A stretch of 33,232 bases of DNA from a virus (taxonomy: Duplodnaviria; Caudoviricetes), in the IMG/VR virus record IMGVR_UViG_3300032305_000730, positions 1 through 33,232 of that record; one strand, 5' to 3'. Below, in pieces: positions 1 through 9,845 of this stretch. Position 1 is the stretch's first letter. The number at the start of each line of letters is the position of its first letter. Position numbers and translations under genes: made by a program. The notes beneath the pieces were generated by a model. That model saw only the letters and a program-made list of their open reading frames with translations. It made no database searches and was not told where the DNA came from.

Positions 1-123
1 ATCAATTTGGCCTGTTGTATATGCACTACTTGTTTCTATTAGTCTTACTCCAAATTGACCTGGTAAATTACCAGATGAACTAACACTAAAATTTAAGTTA
101 AATATTCCACTTAAATTACTTTG
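1..123. repeat. Direct terminal repeat, copy 1 (circular assembly overlap)
   Basis: Bases 1-123 are identical to 33110-33232. Confidence 0.97.
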
Positions 124-1023
124 CTTAGTAACTGTATATGCTCCATTATTCAAAAACCCACCTGGGTCAATTAATTCATTTTGCCATGGCAATGTTGTCC
201 ATGTATCCATTGGAATTGTTACATTTGTACTTCCTGATATTGCACCCAGTTTCATTACACCAAATGTTTCCAAATCAACGCCAGAATATTCTGGATATTT
301 TAATGAATTATTACAAACCATATAAACATCATCTAACCACGCTTGGTTCATAAAAGATGAGGTATAAGTATACCCAGCTTCAGAAAATATTGCATCTAAT
401 ACAGGTTTAACTCTAATAGCAGGTTTATAATCTTGAACTGATAATCCACCATAGTTATCATCTACTCCAAAGAAAACATCAGAAGTATATTGCCAACCAC
501 TTCCGTAGTCACACCACGGATAAACTATATCTCCACTAAATAAACTACCAGTCCAACTAGCTTTAATATTATCTAAAGAAGATGTATGATTATATTGTGC
601 AAGAGAAGTTAAGTCTGTTAAATACTTTCTATTTGTATCTCTAGCAAAAGATGATAGAGTACCATATAAAGTAATCTCATAACTCTCAATAAATTTGTTT
701 GCAATTACATTTACTTTATTCAATTGTATATAACCATCAATAAGATAAACCGAGTCAAAATCAATATATGCTGGAACCTTTATATTCGTTGCAAATAGAA
801 ATGGATTATCAATACTGATATCGTATACATGCTCAAAGAATGCGTTATTTACTTTTGTTCCAGGTAGGGATATCTGACGAGTGAATGTAGCAGGTAAAAC
901 TCCTATATCAAAGAGGCCTGTAACATTATTAGATACTTTTATATCTTCATCATCAAATATGTCTAACTGCGTTCCATCTGCTATTAATCTAAATGTAAAC
1001 GCCTGTGTACTAATTATACCCAT
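1..1023 (-). CDS. Large tail/hub structural protein, 5' part (continues across the junction into 33109..32144; about 662 aa total)
   Basis: ATG at 1023 overlaps the upstream stop (TAATG). The frame MGIISTQAFTFRLIADGTQLDIFDDEDIKVSNNV... is open to base 1 and in frame with ORF 32144..33028. It is missing from the ORF track because it is cut by the window edge. Confidence 0.85.
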   Translation of the reverse strand, partial: MGIISTQAFTFRLIADGTQLDIFDDEDIKVSNNVTGLFDIGVLPATFTRQISLPGTKVNNAFFEHVYDISIDNPFLFATNIKVPAYIDFDSVYLIDGYIQLNKVNVIANKFIESYEITLYGTLSSFARDTNRKYLTDLTSLAQYNHTSSLDNIKASWTGSLFSGDIVYPWCDYGSGWQYTSDVFFGVDDNYGGLSVQDYKPAIRVKPVLDAIFSEAGYTYTSSFMNQAWLDDVYMVCNNSLKYPEYSGVDLETFGVMKLGAISGSTNVTIPMDTWTTLPWQNELIDPGGFLNNGAYTVTKQSNLSGIFNLNFSVSSSGNLPGQFGVRLIETSSAYTTGQID

Positions 1024-2189
1024 TACATAATTAATTTATATGGTTGTCCGTATTGGAACTCAAATTGATATTGAATTAACTTATCTACTGCACCTGTTTT
1101 GAATTGAATATTTTGAGATACAATACTCATAGGTCTTAATGCACCTGTACTTTCATTATAAATCCAATATATTTCATCACTTACTAATAATTGTTTTAGA
1201 ATATCATTATAACTTTCAGGTAACCAAAATGTATTTACTGATAAACCTTGTTTACTATCTACAATATATGCAGAATTTCCTGTATCATAATTTTGATATG
1301 ATAGTGTAGAACTTTCCCAAGTACCTAATTGTGGTTGATAAGTTTTTCTTTCAGTTGTAAATGTTTGTCTACTAACCATATAAAAGTTCATAAAATCAAA
1401 TTGTCCAAAACGATTTTTCCACTTTATTCTTACATTTGGATACTTCTGCTCACAATCAATATTATATCTTATTGGTAATCCTAATGCAGCTGCACCATTA
1501 AATGGTTGAACTGTAAAATAAGTTAGGCCTGTTGTTGAAATAGGGAAACCACTTTGTGCTGGCCCTATTGGATATTGTTGTACTTGTCCAGAAGAACTAA
1601 CATTTGCAGTTAATGTATAATCTGCAGTTCCTGTATTGCCTGTATAAACTATTTTAGTTGGTGTTGTTGCACCAATGTTTCCACCATATACTCCACTCAC
1701 ACCTCTATTATCTAAAAATGCAGATTGTGTTGCAGGCCCATCTGTTAACAATGGCCAGTAAGGAGTAGTAGTTTGAATTTGCTGTCCAATGGTTTCAGGA
1801 AATATTCCATATCCATCTACTGCTTTGTATGTTGCAGATTTTAAGTGTGAGCCAGTTATATATGTTGTTCCACTATAATATTGCCAATAGAAATCTACTG
1901 CAAAGTAAACTACATTTGAAGTATTAGCTTGTGCGTAATCTGTAAGTGTTGAATTGATTATTCTATTCAAATCAAACAAACCTACACCTGTTGTATTTGG
2001 GAATTTAGTAATTGTATAATCTGCAGCTGAAGAAGATGCATTTGGCCCACCTTGCCAATAATATAAATCACCTACATATTGAAATGAAGATGATGTTAAT
2101 GTAGCAGTAGTGCTCTCACTAAGAGAAAATATAATTGGTGATTGTGCAAATGAACAACTCGCTGGAGTCTGTAATAATGATAAAGCCAT
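1023..2189 (-). CDS. Tail structural protein (distal tail/baseplate region)
   Basis: 388 aa, S/T/G-rich N-terminal part, C-terminal WKNRFGQFDF...LKQLLVSDEIYW block; lies between tail completion and hub genes and has a late-promoter motif upstream. Confidence 0.6.
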   Translation of the reverse strand: MALSLLQTPASCSFAQSPIIFSLSESTTATLTSSSFQYVGDLYYWQGGPNASSSAADYTITKFPNTTGVGLFDLNRIINSTLTDYAQANTSNVVYFAVDFYWQYYSGTTYITGSHLKSATYKAVDGYGIFPETIGQQIQTTTPYWPLLTDGPATQSAFLDNRGVSGVYGGNIGATTPTKIVYTGNTGTADYTLTANVSSSGQVQQYPIGPAQSGFPISTTGLTYFTVQPFNGAAALGLPIRYNIDCEQKYPNVRIKWKNRFGQFDFMNFYMVSRQTFTTERKTYQPQLGTWESSTLSYQNYDTGNSAYIVDSKQGLSVNTFWLPESYNDILKQLLVSDEIYWIYNESTGALRPMSIVSQNIQFKTGAVDKLIQYQFEFQYGQPYKLIM

Positions 2190-2205
2190 TATGTATATCG
2201 TTTAA

Positions 2206-2238
2206 TATAATAACCACCTTTTCAATAAAAGTATGTGA
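2206..2238 (-). promoter_or_regulatory. Putative late promoter (TCAC-N20-GTTATTATA)
   Basis: One of seven KGTTATTAYA copies; 2196-2214 is identical to 15457-15475. Confidence 0.65.
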
Positions 2239-2240
2239 TA

Positions 2241-2624
2241 CTAATACTCAGCTTCCATTTTGTCCAACTCTGCTGCTAAGTTTCCAATTACCATTTTATC
2301 GACTAAATCTTCGTAGTATTGATTTAACATTGAATTAACAGTTGGGTCATTCATTGCATTATCTGCAAATGGTCTTGCATCCATTTTAGATGTACCATCG
2401 TTTACAAATTGTCCGTATTCGGCTCCTGCAGGTGCATAGTCTAATTCAATTTCAAAAGAATAACTATCCTTTGTCTTTAACTCCTTTACCATTCTTGCAG
2501 GAGTATTTGCAGCCTTAACTTTACGAAGTAAGTTACCTGTGTCTATTGCACGAGTAGGTTGTCTTTGTAAGTTTAGTTGTGCTAAAGAACTAATCTGTTT
2601 TGCTATGTCTTGTAATGATGGCAT
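2241..2624 (-). CDS. HK97 gp10-like tail completion protein
   Basis: DTGNL and YGQFVNDGTSKMDARPF motifs match the gp10 family pattern. Confidence 0.75.
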   Translation of the reverse strand: MPSLQDIAKQISSLAQLNLQRQPTRAIDTGNLLRKVKAANTPARMVKELKTKDSYSFEIELDYAPAGAEYGQFVNDGTSKMDARPFADNAMNDPTVNSMLNQYYEDLVDKMVIGNLAAELDKMEAEY

Positions 2625-3424
2625 TATATATTATATCTCAAATATTGTGTGTAGTATGTATATAGTTGTTGAACTTCTGCATCTGATAAATTTCTGTCCC
2701 ATGCAGCTGCAGCACATATATTTACTCTTCTTCCATAAGTTTCACCAAAACCAACATAATCAAAAAATGACTTATTACACAAAATTGTGAAAAAATCAAA
2801 TGGGTCAGTAATTGATACTAATGTTTTTGGATTTAATATTATAAAATCATAGTTTTGCATAAGGACTGTATTTTTATTGTATGGCCATCCATACCAATTT
2901 GTAGTAGAAGTTATTGTAGAATAATCAATTGTAAATTTTTGTAATGGATTGTTTACATTTGATACCCAATAATTACCTGTTTGATATTTGGCACCAATAA
3001 AAGATGTATTATCAGTTATTCTATATGATATTTCAGCTGTAGCACTTGTAGTATCTAAATCTATTAAAGTATTTCCACCTCTATTTGTTGCAGTTGAATT
3101 AAACTCATCAATTTTATTTATCCTATATATGAATGCTACAGTACCGACAGAGCCTGTATAATTTGATATCATTATCGCTGATGCACTTACTGCATTATTA
3201 GGAAAATTATTTAAAGAGGTATCTGTTGTCAGCTCATAATTACCACCCGTTGCAGGCAGTGGTAAAAATGCTGACCCAGTATAATCAGGACCTCCACGAA
3301 CGCTTGAAATTGCTTGTGTGTTAGCTAAGTTAGTAGTTAAAGCTGTTTGGATTTCCATTCTAGCAATTGACCCAGAAACTGGGAAAAAACTAGATGCTCC
3401 TTGATATGCAAATGGTATATACAT
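2624..3424 (-). CDS. LamG/concanavalin-A-like domain protein, candidate receptor-binding tip
   Basis: C-terminal WDRNLSDAEVQQLY resembles the LamG terminal signature; directly follows the 538-aa fibre. Confidence 0.6.
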   Translation of the reverse strand: MYIPFAYQGASSFFPVSGSIARMEIQTALTTNLANTQAISSVRGGPDYTGSAFLPLPATGGNYELTTDTSLNNFPNNAVSASAIMISNYTGSVGTVAFIYRINKIDEFNSTATNRGGNTLIDLDTTSATAEISYRITDNTSFIGAKYQTGNYWVSNVNNPLQKFTIDYSTITSTTNWYGWPYNKNTVLMQNYDFIILNPKTLVSITDPFDFFTILCNKSFFDYVGFGETYGRRVNICAAAAWDRNLSDAEVQQLYTYYTQYLRYNI

Positions 3425-3433
3425 TTTTTTAGA

Positions 3434-5050
3434 TTATGACATTCTATAAGTCGCTGTTCCGTTTAAAGCGTTTGTAGTAAATGATAAAAATGTTATTATA
3501 TCTACTGCACCGGTAACTGCAGCTGCCGAATATCCATTATATAATGGGAATTTTATAGATGATGTACTATAACTAAGAGTACCTATGTTACCTACTGTCG
3601 AAGCTTGTGTTACTATTAAAGATATAGTTTCTCCTGGTAATATATTTGTAGGATTTAAAAATGTTGACCCTGATAAAGTTAATGTAAAGAAATTACCTAA
3701 ACTACAATCCATAGATGCAGTTTGTGATGTGATTGTCAAAGGAATTACTCTACCTCTTACACTTCCAGAATAAACCATAGAAGAACTTACTAATAAAGTT
3801 CCGTTAATAGTTTGATTACCATTAAATGTATTGCTTCCAGTAGTTGCATAACTTCCTGTAAATGATGACAAATCATTTAGTCTAGTTATCGTAGACGCAC
3901 TAAATAATTCCAAATTAGCAGTTTCAATTAATAAGCTTGCAGTTGTAGTTTCTAAATTATTTAATCTAACATTTGTCGAAGAAGTATATGCATTAAAAGA
4001 AGATGTATTTAACTTCTGATTAATTTGATTTTGTAAGAAAGATGCAGTTTGTGTTAATTCTGCTTGAGTTGCAAAATCAGCTTGTAAACTACTACTAAAT
4101 GCTTCCAATTGGTCTAATCTTGAGTCAACAGATGTACTAAAAGGCCCTTCTAAATAATCCAATCTAGCATCTACTGCTGCAGAATATGCAGATACATTAC
4201 CAATTCCACTAATTGTAGAAGAGGAAATATTACCTAATACATTTAAGTTACCTGTAATACCCATAGAACCGGTCAAAGAACTACTTCCTGACATTATAAT
4301 TGTTCCATTGAGTGTTTGTGTGTCTGCAGTGCTATCTCCTAAAATATTAGACCCAGATGAGAATATAACGGATGCACTTTCTATTGTAGTAATTATCTCA
4401 TATGCGTTAATTGTTCCACTTACTACTAAATCACCTTGTATCCATGCATTACTTGCAGTTACATCTCCTGTTATGTCAATACTACCCGTAATTTCAACAC
4501 CATCTTCAATAATTAAATGTCCACCAACAAATAAATCATCGGAAACATTTAAGTCACCTTCTATTTCAACTTCTCTTAGAATACTTCCAGTAAAAGCATA
4601 ACTAACATTATTTGCTGTTAGTGGTTGATTTATTGTATAAGTTACATCTGAATTTGGTGTACCTGTTATACCAATTACTCTACCATTTGAAACTGCACCA
4701 CCATTAACTAACCATCCAATTCCTATTTCAGTAATAGATGCTTGGTTTCCTGCAGCTGTGTAAGAGCCAGTTATTCTAATTTCAGTATTAACTGAACTTT
4801 GGTTTACAAATAATTGTGTAGACCCACTAAATGTTGTATTGATATCTACTGCTCCTGTTATTTCTGCACCATAATGTACAACCAATTGTCTTTCAACATC
4901 TAAATCTCCTGCAGTATTTAGAGATATACCTAATCCATTACCAAATCCATCTTCAATTTCTGTTAAATTAACAGATGCAGTATTATTATTACCGAAGTGT
5001 AATAAACTTTGAAATGATGATGAAATATATAAGTTACTTAAACTTCCCAT
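3434..5050 (-). CDS. Fibre protein 1 (tail fibre-like)
   Basis: 538 aa with beta-repeat (xIxGxLxV) and coiled-coil segments, one YATTGSNTFNG motif, and a C-terminal GNFFTL...VDIITF domain shared with the 1070-aa fibre. Confidence 0.75.
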   Translation of the reverse strand: MGSLSNLYISSSFQSLLHFGNNNTASVNLTEIEDGFGNGLGISLNTAGDLDVERQLVVHYGAEITGAVDINTTFSGSTQLFVNQSSVNTEIRITGSYTAAGNQASITEIGIGWLVNGGAVSNGRVIGITGTPNSDVTYTINQPLTANNVSYAFTGSILREVEIEGDLNVSDDLFVGGHLIIEDGVEITGSIDITGDVTASNAWIQGDLVVSGTINAYEIITTIESASVIFSSGSNILGDSTADTQTLNGTIIMSGSSSLTGSMGITGNLNVLGNISSSTISGIGNVSAYSAAVDARLDYLEGPFSTSVDSRLDQLEAFSSSLQADFATQAELTQTASFLQNQINQKLNTSSFNAYTSSTNVRLNNLETTTASLLIETANLELFSASTITRLNDLSSFTGSYATTGSNTFNGNQTINGTLLVSSSMVYSGSVRGRVIPLTITSQTASMDCSLGNFFTLTLSGSTFLNPTNILPGETISLIVTQASTVGNIGTLSYSTSSIKFPLYNGYSAAAVTGAVDIITFLSFTTNALNGTATYRMS

Positions 5051-5068
5051 TTTATTTTTATTTATATT

Positions 5069-5935
5069 TTAATCGAATTGCCACTTTCTAAATGCTACAT
5101 CCGTTCCTAATCCCCATTTTTGTGGTGTTGTATTCCATATTTGTGGATTTGCCCACAACAAACAATAATCACATGTCACAAAATTATCATATGGTAATTC
5201 CAATACTGGTAAATTAACATAATCAAAATCATCCTCTCCACTAAATGTACCTACAATTGTATAACAATGATAGTCATAGTAAGTAGTTGTATCTCCTGAT
5301 GAATTGGGAAATGGTCTACTCATAAACACTTGTCCTATACTTCCACTCTCATCCAATACTGCTTTATACCTCTCACCACCTACACAATCTTCAATTATAT
5401 ACCCACTACCCGACGGATTAATTAAAAAAAAAAGACAACGATTTTTATCATTGTGGGTAGTTAACTCAAAGGTTGCAACCCATCCGGCCAATCCATTATT
5501 AAATTGGTCAGAGAATGCAGAACAATTTATGTCTCCGTTTATCTCAAACCCAGCAACTCCTCTTTGCGTATACGAAGTTAAATCATTTAAGATACCTAAT
5601 GTGTTTGCATGAATGTCTACTACATCATCTACTCCATAAAAAGGAACAGTTTGTGCATTAGTTCTATCATCACTTTCGTTATTCTTATTTTTAATCTTAT
5701 CAGCAACCGTCAACTGAATTGTGTAGTTAGTTATATTACTACCAAAATTACTTTCAGTTATTAGGATATTTCCTAATGGATATGATGGAAACTGTTCTAC
5801 ATCTATCTTTGTAATATCACCTTGTGTTACTGCATTGATAGATGGATGGTTCTGCATTATTGTTTTGAAATAATTCAAAGCATTGTAATAGAGAGTATAG
5901 TTTACACCTGTATTATGAACGATTTGTTGAGCCAT
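5069..5935 (-). CDS. Tail terminator/completion-like protein with a C-terminal extension after a T10 slippery run
   Basis: Follows the adaptor gene; the first ~170 aa (HPSINAVTQGDI...FNNGLAGWVATF) look like a compact terminator-type domain; A10 run on the plus strand at 5424-5433. Confidence 0.6.
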   Translation of the reverse strand: MAQQIVHNTGVNYTLYYNALNYFKTIMQNHPSINAVTQGDITKIDVEQFPSYPLGNILITESNFGSNITNYTIQLTVADKIKNKNNESDDRTNAQTVPFYGVDDVVDIHANTLGILNDLTSYTQRGVAGFEINGDINCSAFSDQFNNGLAGWVATFELTTHNDKNRCLFFLINPSGSGYIIEDCVGGERYKAVLDESGSIGQVFMSRPFPNSSGDTTTYYDYHCYTIVGTFSGEDDFDYVNLPVLELPYDNFVTCDYCLLWANPQIWNTTPQKWGLGTDVAFRKWQFD

Positions 5936-5940
5936 AGTTA

Positions 5941-6459
5941 TTATAATTGTATACCACCAAAATATTGATTACTTTGGTCAGGATATATTTGAGTTTGATT
6001 TCCAACAGTTTCTAAGTATTGAGGTATGTTATTAGAATATGCAATTAAGTAATTCTGTAATCTCAATGCGTAATAGTCTGCATTGTTTAGAGCTTTGTTT
6101 AAAAGATAATCAATTTCAGATTTAGCAGGTGCTATACCTTGTTCACTTTGTTGTTTAACTGCTCCATTTGATTTGAATTGAACCGAACTAAAAGGAATAT
6201 ATTCAACACATGCATACCACAATAAAGTATATTTAATATGGTCATCCATTAAGTCTTGATAATAAGAACTTAAACTACCAAAAGTATTTGCAGTGATTTG
6301 TGCTTGTAGATAATCGAATAGAACAGTACCTAATAAATTCTTTAAGTATTTATCTTGTGCAGTTCTACAAAACGGCAATAAAGCATCTGCATCTATTGCA
6401 CCTTGCAACGGAGAGTTCTTTATAATATCGTTTCTATTTATGAATAATGCGTATGACAT
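5941..6459 (-). CDS. Head-tail adaptor-like protein
   Basis: 172 aa, helical, immediately downstream of the portal; AQDKYLKNLLGT block. Confidence 0.6.
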   Translation of the reverse strand: MSYALFINRNDIIKNSPLQGAIDADALLPFCRTAQDKYLKNLLGTVLFDYLQAQITANTFGSLSSYYQDLMDDHIKYTLLWYACVEYIPFSSVQFKSNGAVKQQSEQGIAPAKSEIDYLLNKALNNADYYALRLQNYLIAYSNNIPQYLETVGNQTQIYPDQSNQYFGGIQL

Positions 6460-6464
6460 ATTTT

Positions 6465-7742
6465 TTATTTATATATTTCGTATTGTGAGTTGTTAACTTC
6501 CAACATTGAAAACTTTTCTGTTGGTAATGGTTCTATTGGTGTTTGGTCTGCACTATCTTCAGTTGTTGCAGGATTTTCCATACTATCATTAGTCTCATCT
6601 TCTACTTGTGCAATTGATTTACCAGTTTCTTCTGCTGTTTGAGATAGAATTACTAATGGAGTTAATTGTTCAAAGTATAATTCAGCATCTGTATATCCAC
6701 TACAAGTTAATGCGTAATCTAAACTATTTAAGATAATGTTTTGGAAAGGTGCAATAGTCATCGTTTGTAAGATACTAAATGCAGTTTTCATTTCCTCTGA
6801 TTGTGAAGAGAAACCATTATTTTTAGTTCTAATACCAAATAGTAATGGAGAAGTTACTCTATGTGCAACTAATATTCTATCTTGTGTGTATTCTGCAACA
6901 TAGTCATACTTCTCATGTAAGTTTGTGATATCAATTACATCAATTGTAGGTTTAGTAGCAGGGTCATCGTTAAATGACAACATAAATCTACCTGCGTTAT
7001 CTGTTCCTGTGAATTTAGCTTGAACTAAATCTTCGATAGTTTGTCTTTCTTCAGGTGCTGGAACTCCGTTGTTGAAGTTTAACATTACTGCCGGTAAGAA
7101 ACCATTAACAATATTATTAAAATGTAAGTTACTTATCTCACCTTCAGCCATTGCTAATTGTAAAGCAGATACCCAATCTGGTAAAGAGTAGTAATATAAA
7201 CCTGGACAATAATGTTTGATGTAAAGTATTTCCATCTTTTCATTAGAAGTCTCAAATGCAGGTATTTTCTTTTTATCTTTAATCTTGCGTTGGTCATTCC
7301 AATCAGTACAATAGTAATAATTTTCAATCATTGGAGATGAACCTAACTTTTCTGCTCTTAATAATTGAACAGGTACATGGTACATCTTTTTAATCTTAGT
7401 ATGTGTTTCATCCCAATAAACTTGGAATGCAGCATTACCATATAGTTTCAAATCAAAACTAACTCTTTTAACTTCCTCTTGTGGAATTATCTTTTGTAAA
7501 GTTTCATTGAATATTTCATTCTTAGAATATAAACCTTTACCAAATATTAAATCTGCAATACCTTCGATAGATGCTGCATTAGTTGTACTAACATTGAAAG
7601 CAGTAGTTACTGCATCAAAGAAATCGTCATTACCATACACGCCAAATGGAACGAATGGATAACGAGTTTTAGTATCTTCCTGTATAATTGGAAGAGAGTT
7701 GTTATTTACATTTACTATCGAGAATTTTTGTTGTCCTTTCAT
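6465..7742 (-). CDS. Portal protein
   Basis: 425 aa with DLKLYGNA, YYSLPDW, NGFLP, KFTGTDNAG and ILVAHRVTSPLLFGI portal-type motifs. Confidence 0.85.
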   Translation of the reverse strand: MKGQQKFSIVNVNNNSLPIIQEDTKTRYPFVPFGVYGNDDFFDAVTTAFNVSTTNAASIEGIADLIFGKGLYSKNEIFNETLQKIIPQEEVKRVSFDLKLYGNAAFQVYWDETHTKIKKMYHVPVQLLRAEKLGSSPMIENYYYCTDWNDQRKIKDKKKIPAFETSNEKMEILYIKHYCPGLYYYSLPDWVSALQLAMAEGEISNLHFNNIVNGFLPAVMLNFNNGVPAPEERQTIEDLVQAKFTGTDNAGRFMLSFNDDPATKPTIDVIDITNLHEKYDYVAEYTQDRILVAHRVTSPLLFGIRTKNNGFSSQSEEMKTAFSILQTMTIAPFQNIILNSLDYALTCSGYTDAELYFEQLTPLVILSQTAEETGKSIAQVEDETNDSMENPATTEDSADQTPIEPLPTEKFSMLEVNNSQYEIYK

Positions 7743-7743
7743 G

Positions 7744-8109
7744 TTAATCCATTATGATATATTTGTTCTCACTATCGTGGGAAACATATTGTGTATTTTG
7801 ATTTTCGTATACCGATTTGTCTATTGATTGTGATGAGTATACCTGCCAACTACCATTCCAAATATCAATTGAGGCACTACCTGATTGGTTGTATAGAACT
7901 GCACGATACTCACTTCCCACACTCGCACTTTGGATACTTGCAGTGAATGCAAGAATACTTTCGTATGCAGAATAACTTACATTAGTCATTGATGCAGTGA
8001 ATGTATTTAATCCCATCATATCCTGCAAACTCATTGTAAACTGATTACTACCAGTTACCTGTGTTCTTATTGTGTATGAGTTAGACTGACTTATGTAATA
8101 GCTTAGCAT
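7744..8109 (-). CDS. Small structural protein (head-tail region)
   Basis: Likely start is the ATG at 8109 (MLSYYISQ), since the TTG at 8136 overlaps the promoter motif; S/T-rich. Confidence 0.6.
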   Translation of the reverse strand: MLSYYISQSNSYTIRTQVTGSNQFTMSLQDMMGLNTFTASMTNVSYSAYESILAFTASIQSASVGSEYRAVLYNQSGSASIDIWNGSWQVYSSQSIDKSVYENQNTQYVSHDSENKYIIMD

Positions 8110-8125
8110 TATCTTATCTTTATAA

Positions 8126-8157
8126 TATAATAACAACTAATTTGGTAATAATAGTTA
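8126..8157 (-). promoter_or_regulatory. Putative late promoter (TAAC-N19-GTTATTATA)
   Basis: Motif copy lying just downstream of a terminator and upstream of the 8109 start. Confidence 0.7.
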
Positions 8158-8161
8158 AATG

Positions 8162-8190
8162 AAAAAACCCCACTCCGAAGAGTAGGGTTA
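8162..8190 (-). terminator. Intrinsic terminator after the tail tube gene
   Basis: AACCCTACTC-TTCG-GAGTGGGGTT followed by a T run; CUUCGG tetraloop. Confidence 0.9.
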
Positions 8191-8219
8191 ATATTTTTTA
8201 GTGTTTATACCGAATGATA

Positions 8220-8783
8220 TTATGCAGATGCTCCGTAAACTACTGTGTAGTTTGCAGTTAATCCACCTAATGCACTAGTAGTATTACTTCCAGATAAGAA
8301 TTGAGCAGGGAATTGTTCCATTCCTGTGAAAGTTAAAGAGTATCCATACAAATCTCCTAACGCTCCACCAGTTTGAATTGTTCCGCCGGTCATATCAGCA
8401 CCTTCTTTTTTACCTACTAAGAATGCGTCACCATTGTTTGTCCAAACGATAATTTGAGGTCTACCATAAGCCATAAGCTTTAATTGAGTAGTCATCTCGT
8501 TTGTTAACTTCTTTAAGTTTAGAGTTAATTCTTGTGAAAAGAATGTTGTACCATTCTCTCTTGAAGTATTGACAGTTTCAGTATATGCACTAGTTCCTTT
8601 CAATTCGTAGTAATACAAAATTGAGCCAGATGGAACACCTGACAACAATCCCATTGGAGTTGCTGTTTGAGCTGATGTTTCTGTGAAAGAACCGGTCACG
8701 TAATTGATAAAGTAAACACCCTGTAAACCACCGATGCTTTCTTTACATACTTCGTTTCTTCCTAGAGTTAATGAACAAGGCAT
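8220..8783 (-). CDS. Major tail tube protein
   Basis: 187 aa, CKESIGGL and ENGTTFFSQEL motifs; follows the capsid gene and is flanked by terminators. Confidence 0.7.
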   Translation of the reverse strand: MPCSLTLGRNEVCKESIGGLQGVYFINYVTGSFTETSAQTATPMGLLSGVPSGSILYYYELKGTSAYTETVNTSRENGTTFFSQELTLNLKKLTNEMTTQLKLMAYGRPQIIVWTNNGDAFLVGKKEGADMTGGTIQTGGALGDLYGYSLTFTGMEQFPAQFLSGSNTTSALGGLTANYTVVYGASA

Positions 8784-8809
8784 ATATTTAATTTTTTAGT
8801 TTTGTTATT

Positions 8810-8839
8810 AAAAAGGGTGAGTGTTGAGACCCACCCTTT
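8810..8839 (-). terminator. Intrinsic terminator after the major capsid gene
   Basis: AAAGGGTGGGT-CTCAAC-ACTCACCCTTTTT hairpin. Confidence 0.85.
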
Positions 8840-8849
8840 AATTATTTTT

Positions 8850-9818
8850 TTAGTAAGCTCCGTAGTATACGATGTCTTGACCAATACCGAATTGAGTACC
8901 ACCTGTGTATCTCATTACAATTCTGTAATTTTGAGAACCATCGATGTTAGCCATATCCAATACTTTTACTTCATTGTAGTCAGAAAGTAAACCTGTTCCG
9001 AAGAATAAGTTTGATTTTTGAGCTGCAACAATCTTAGAAGAAGTCATACCTGGACACCATACAATCTCAATACCATTGAAGTTGAAAGGTTTTTCACCCA
9101 CATTCATTTGGTTGTTCCATCCGTTTGCACCGATAGCACCACCTGCTAAAGCTTGTTGGTATGCTTTAGCTACATCAGTAGCAACATACAACAATACATC
9201 AGGCTTACCATAAACTGTATCAGGGATAGTGTTTACAACTGAATTTAATTTGTCGATTACATTTGCAGAAGTTACACTTCCAGAAATTACGATTGAACCA
9301 CTCTTAGCTGCTAATACTGCTGTTGCACCACCTGCTGCAATAGAAGAAGAGAATGCTGTTTGGAAACCACCGAATTGTCCGTTAGTTGCAGTTGAACCCT
9401 GCCAGATAGATGTTTCAGTTGCTTCTGCTACTTTACCACCTACATAAGAGATTAAGAAATCGTTGAAGTTCTTAGGAATTTCATCGAATGCAGAGAAACC
9501 TAATTGTAATGCTTCCCAGCTATCTACGAATTCTTGCTTACATAATAGTAAGTTAACTTGTAACTCTTTTGGAGTTAAAACTTGCTCAGAAATAGCTACG
9601 CTACCTGAAGTTGTGAAATCACATGAAGCATCTTGTACGATACCACTCACGTCTAATTTTTGGATTACAGATTTGAACTTAACATTTGGCATGATAGTTA
9701 CAAGCTTCTTATCCAATGTGTTTGCACTTAACAACGCTGCTGCGATGTATCCTGCTGCTGCCTCACCTGCGTAGGTAGTCGTCACAGTAGGTAGTGCGAA
9801 ATTTTGTCTTGCTTTCAT
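8850..9818 (-). CDS. Major capsid protein
   Basis: 322 aa, TTYAGE...AALLSA start and DGSQNYRIVMRYT end; downstream of an acidic scaffold and followed by a terminator. Confidence 0.85.
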   Translation of the reverse strand: MKARQNFALPTVTTTYAGEAAAGYIAAALLSANTLDKKLVTIMPNVKFKSVIQKLDVSGIVQDASCDFTTSGSVAISEQVLTPKELQVNLLLCKQEFVDSWEALQLGFSAFDEIPKNFNDFLISYVGGKVAEATETSIWQGSTATNGQFGGFQTAFSSSIAAGGATAVLAAKSGSIVISGSVTSANVIDKLNSVVNTIPDTVYGKPDVLLYVATDVAKAYQQALAGGAIGANGWNNQMNVGEKPFNFNGIEIVWCPGMTSSKIVAAQKSNLFFGTGLLSDYNEVKVLDMANIDGSQNYRIVMRYTGGTQFGIGQDIVYYGAY

Positions 9819-9845
9819 TTTTTTAATTTAATGATTTTAATTAAT

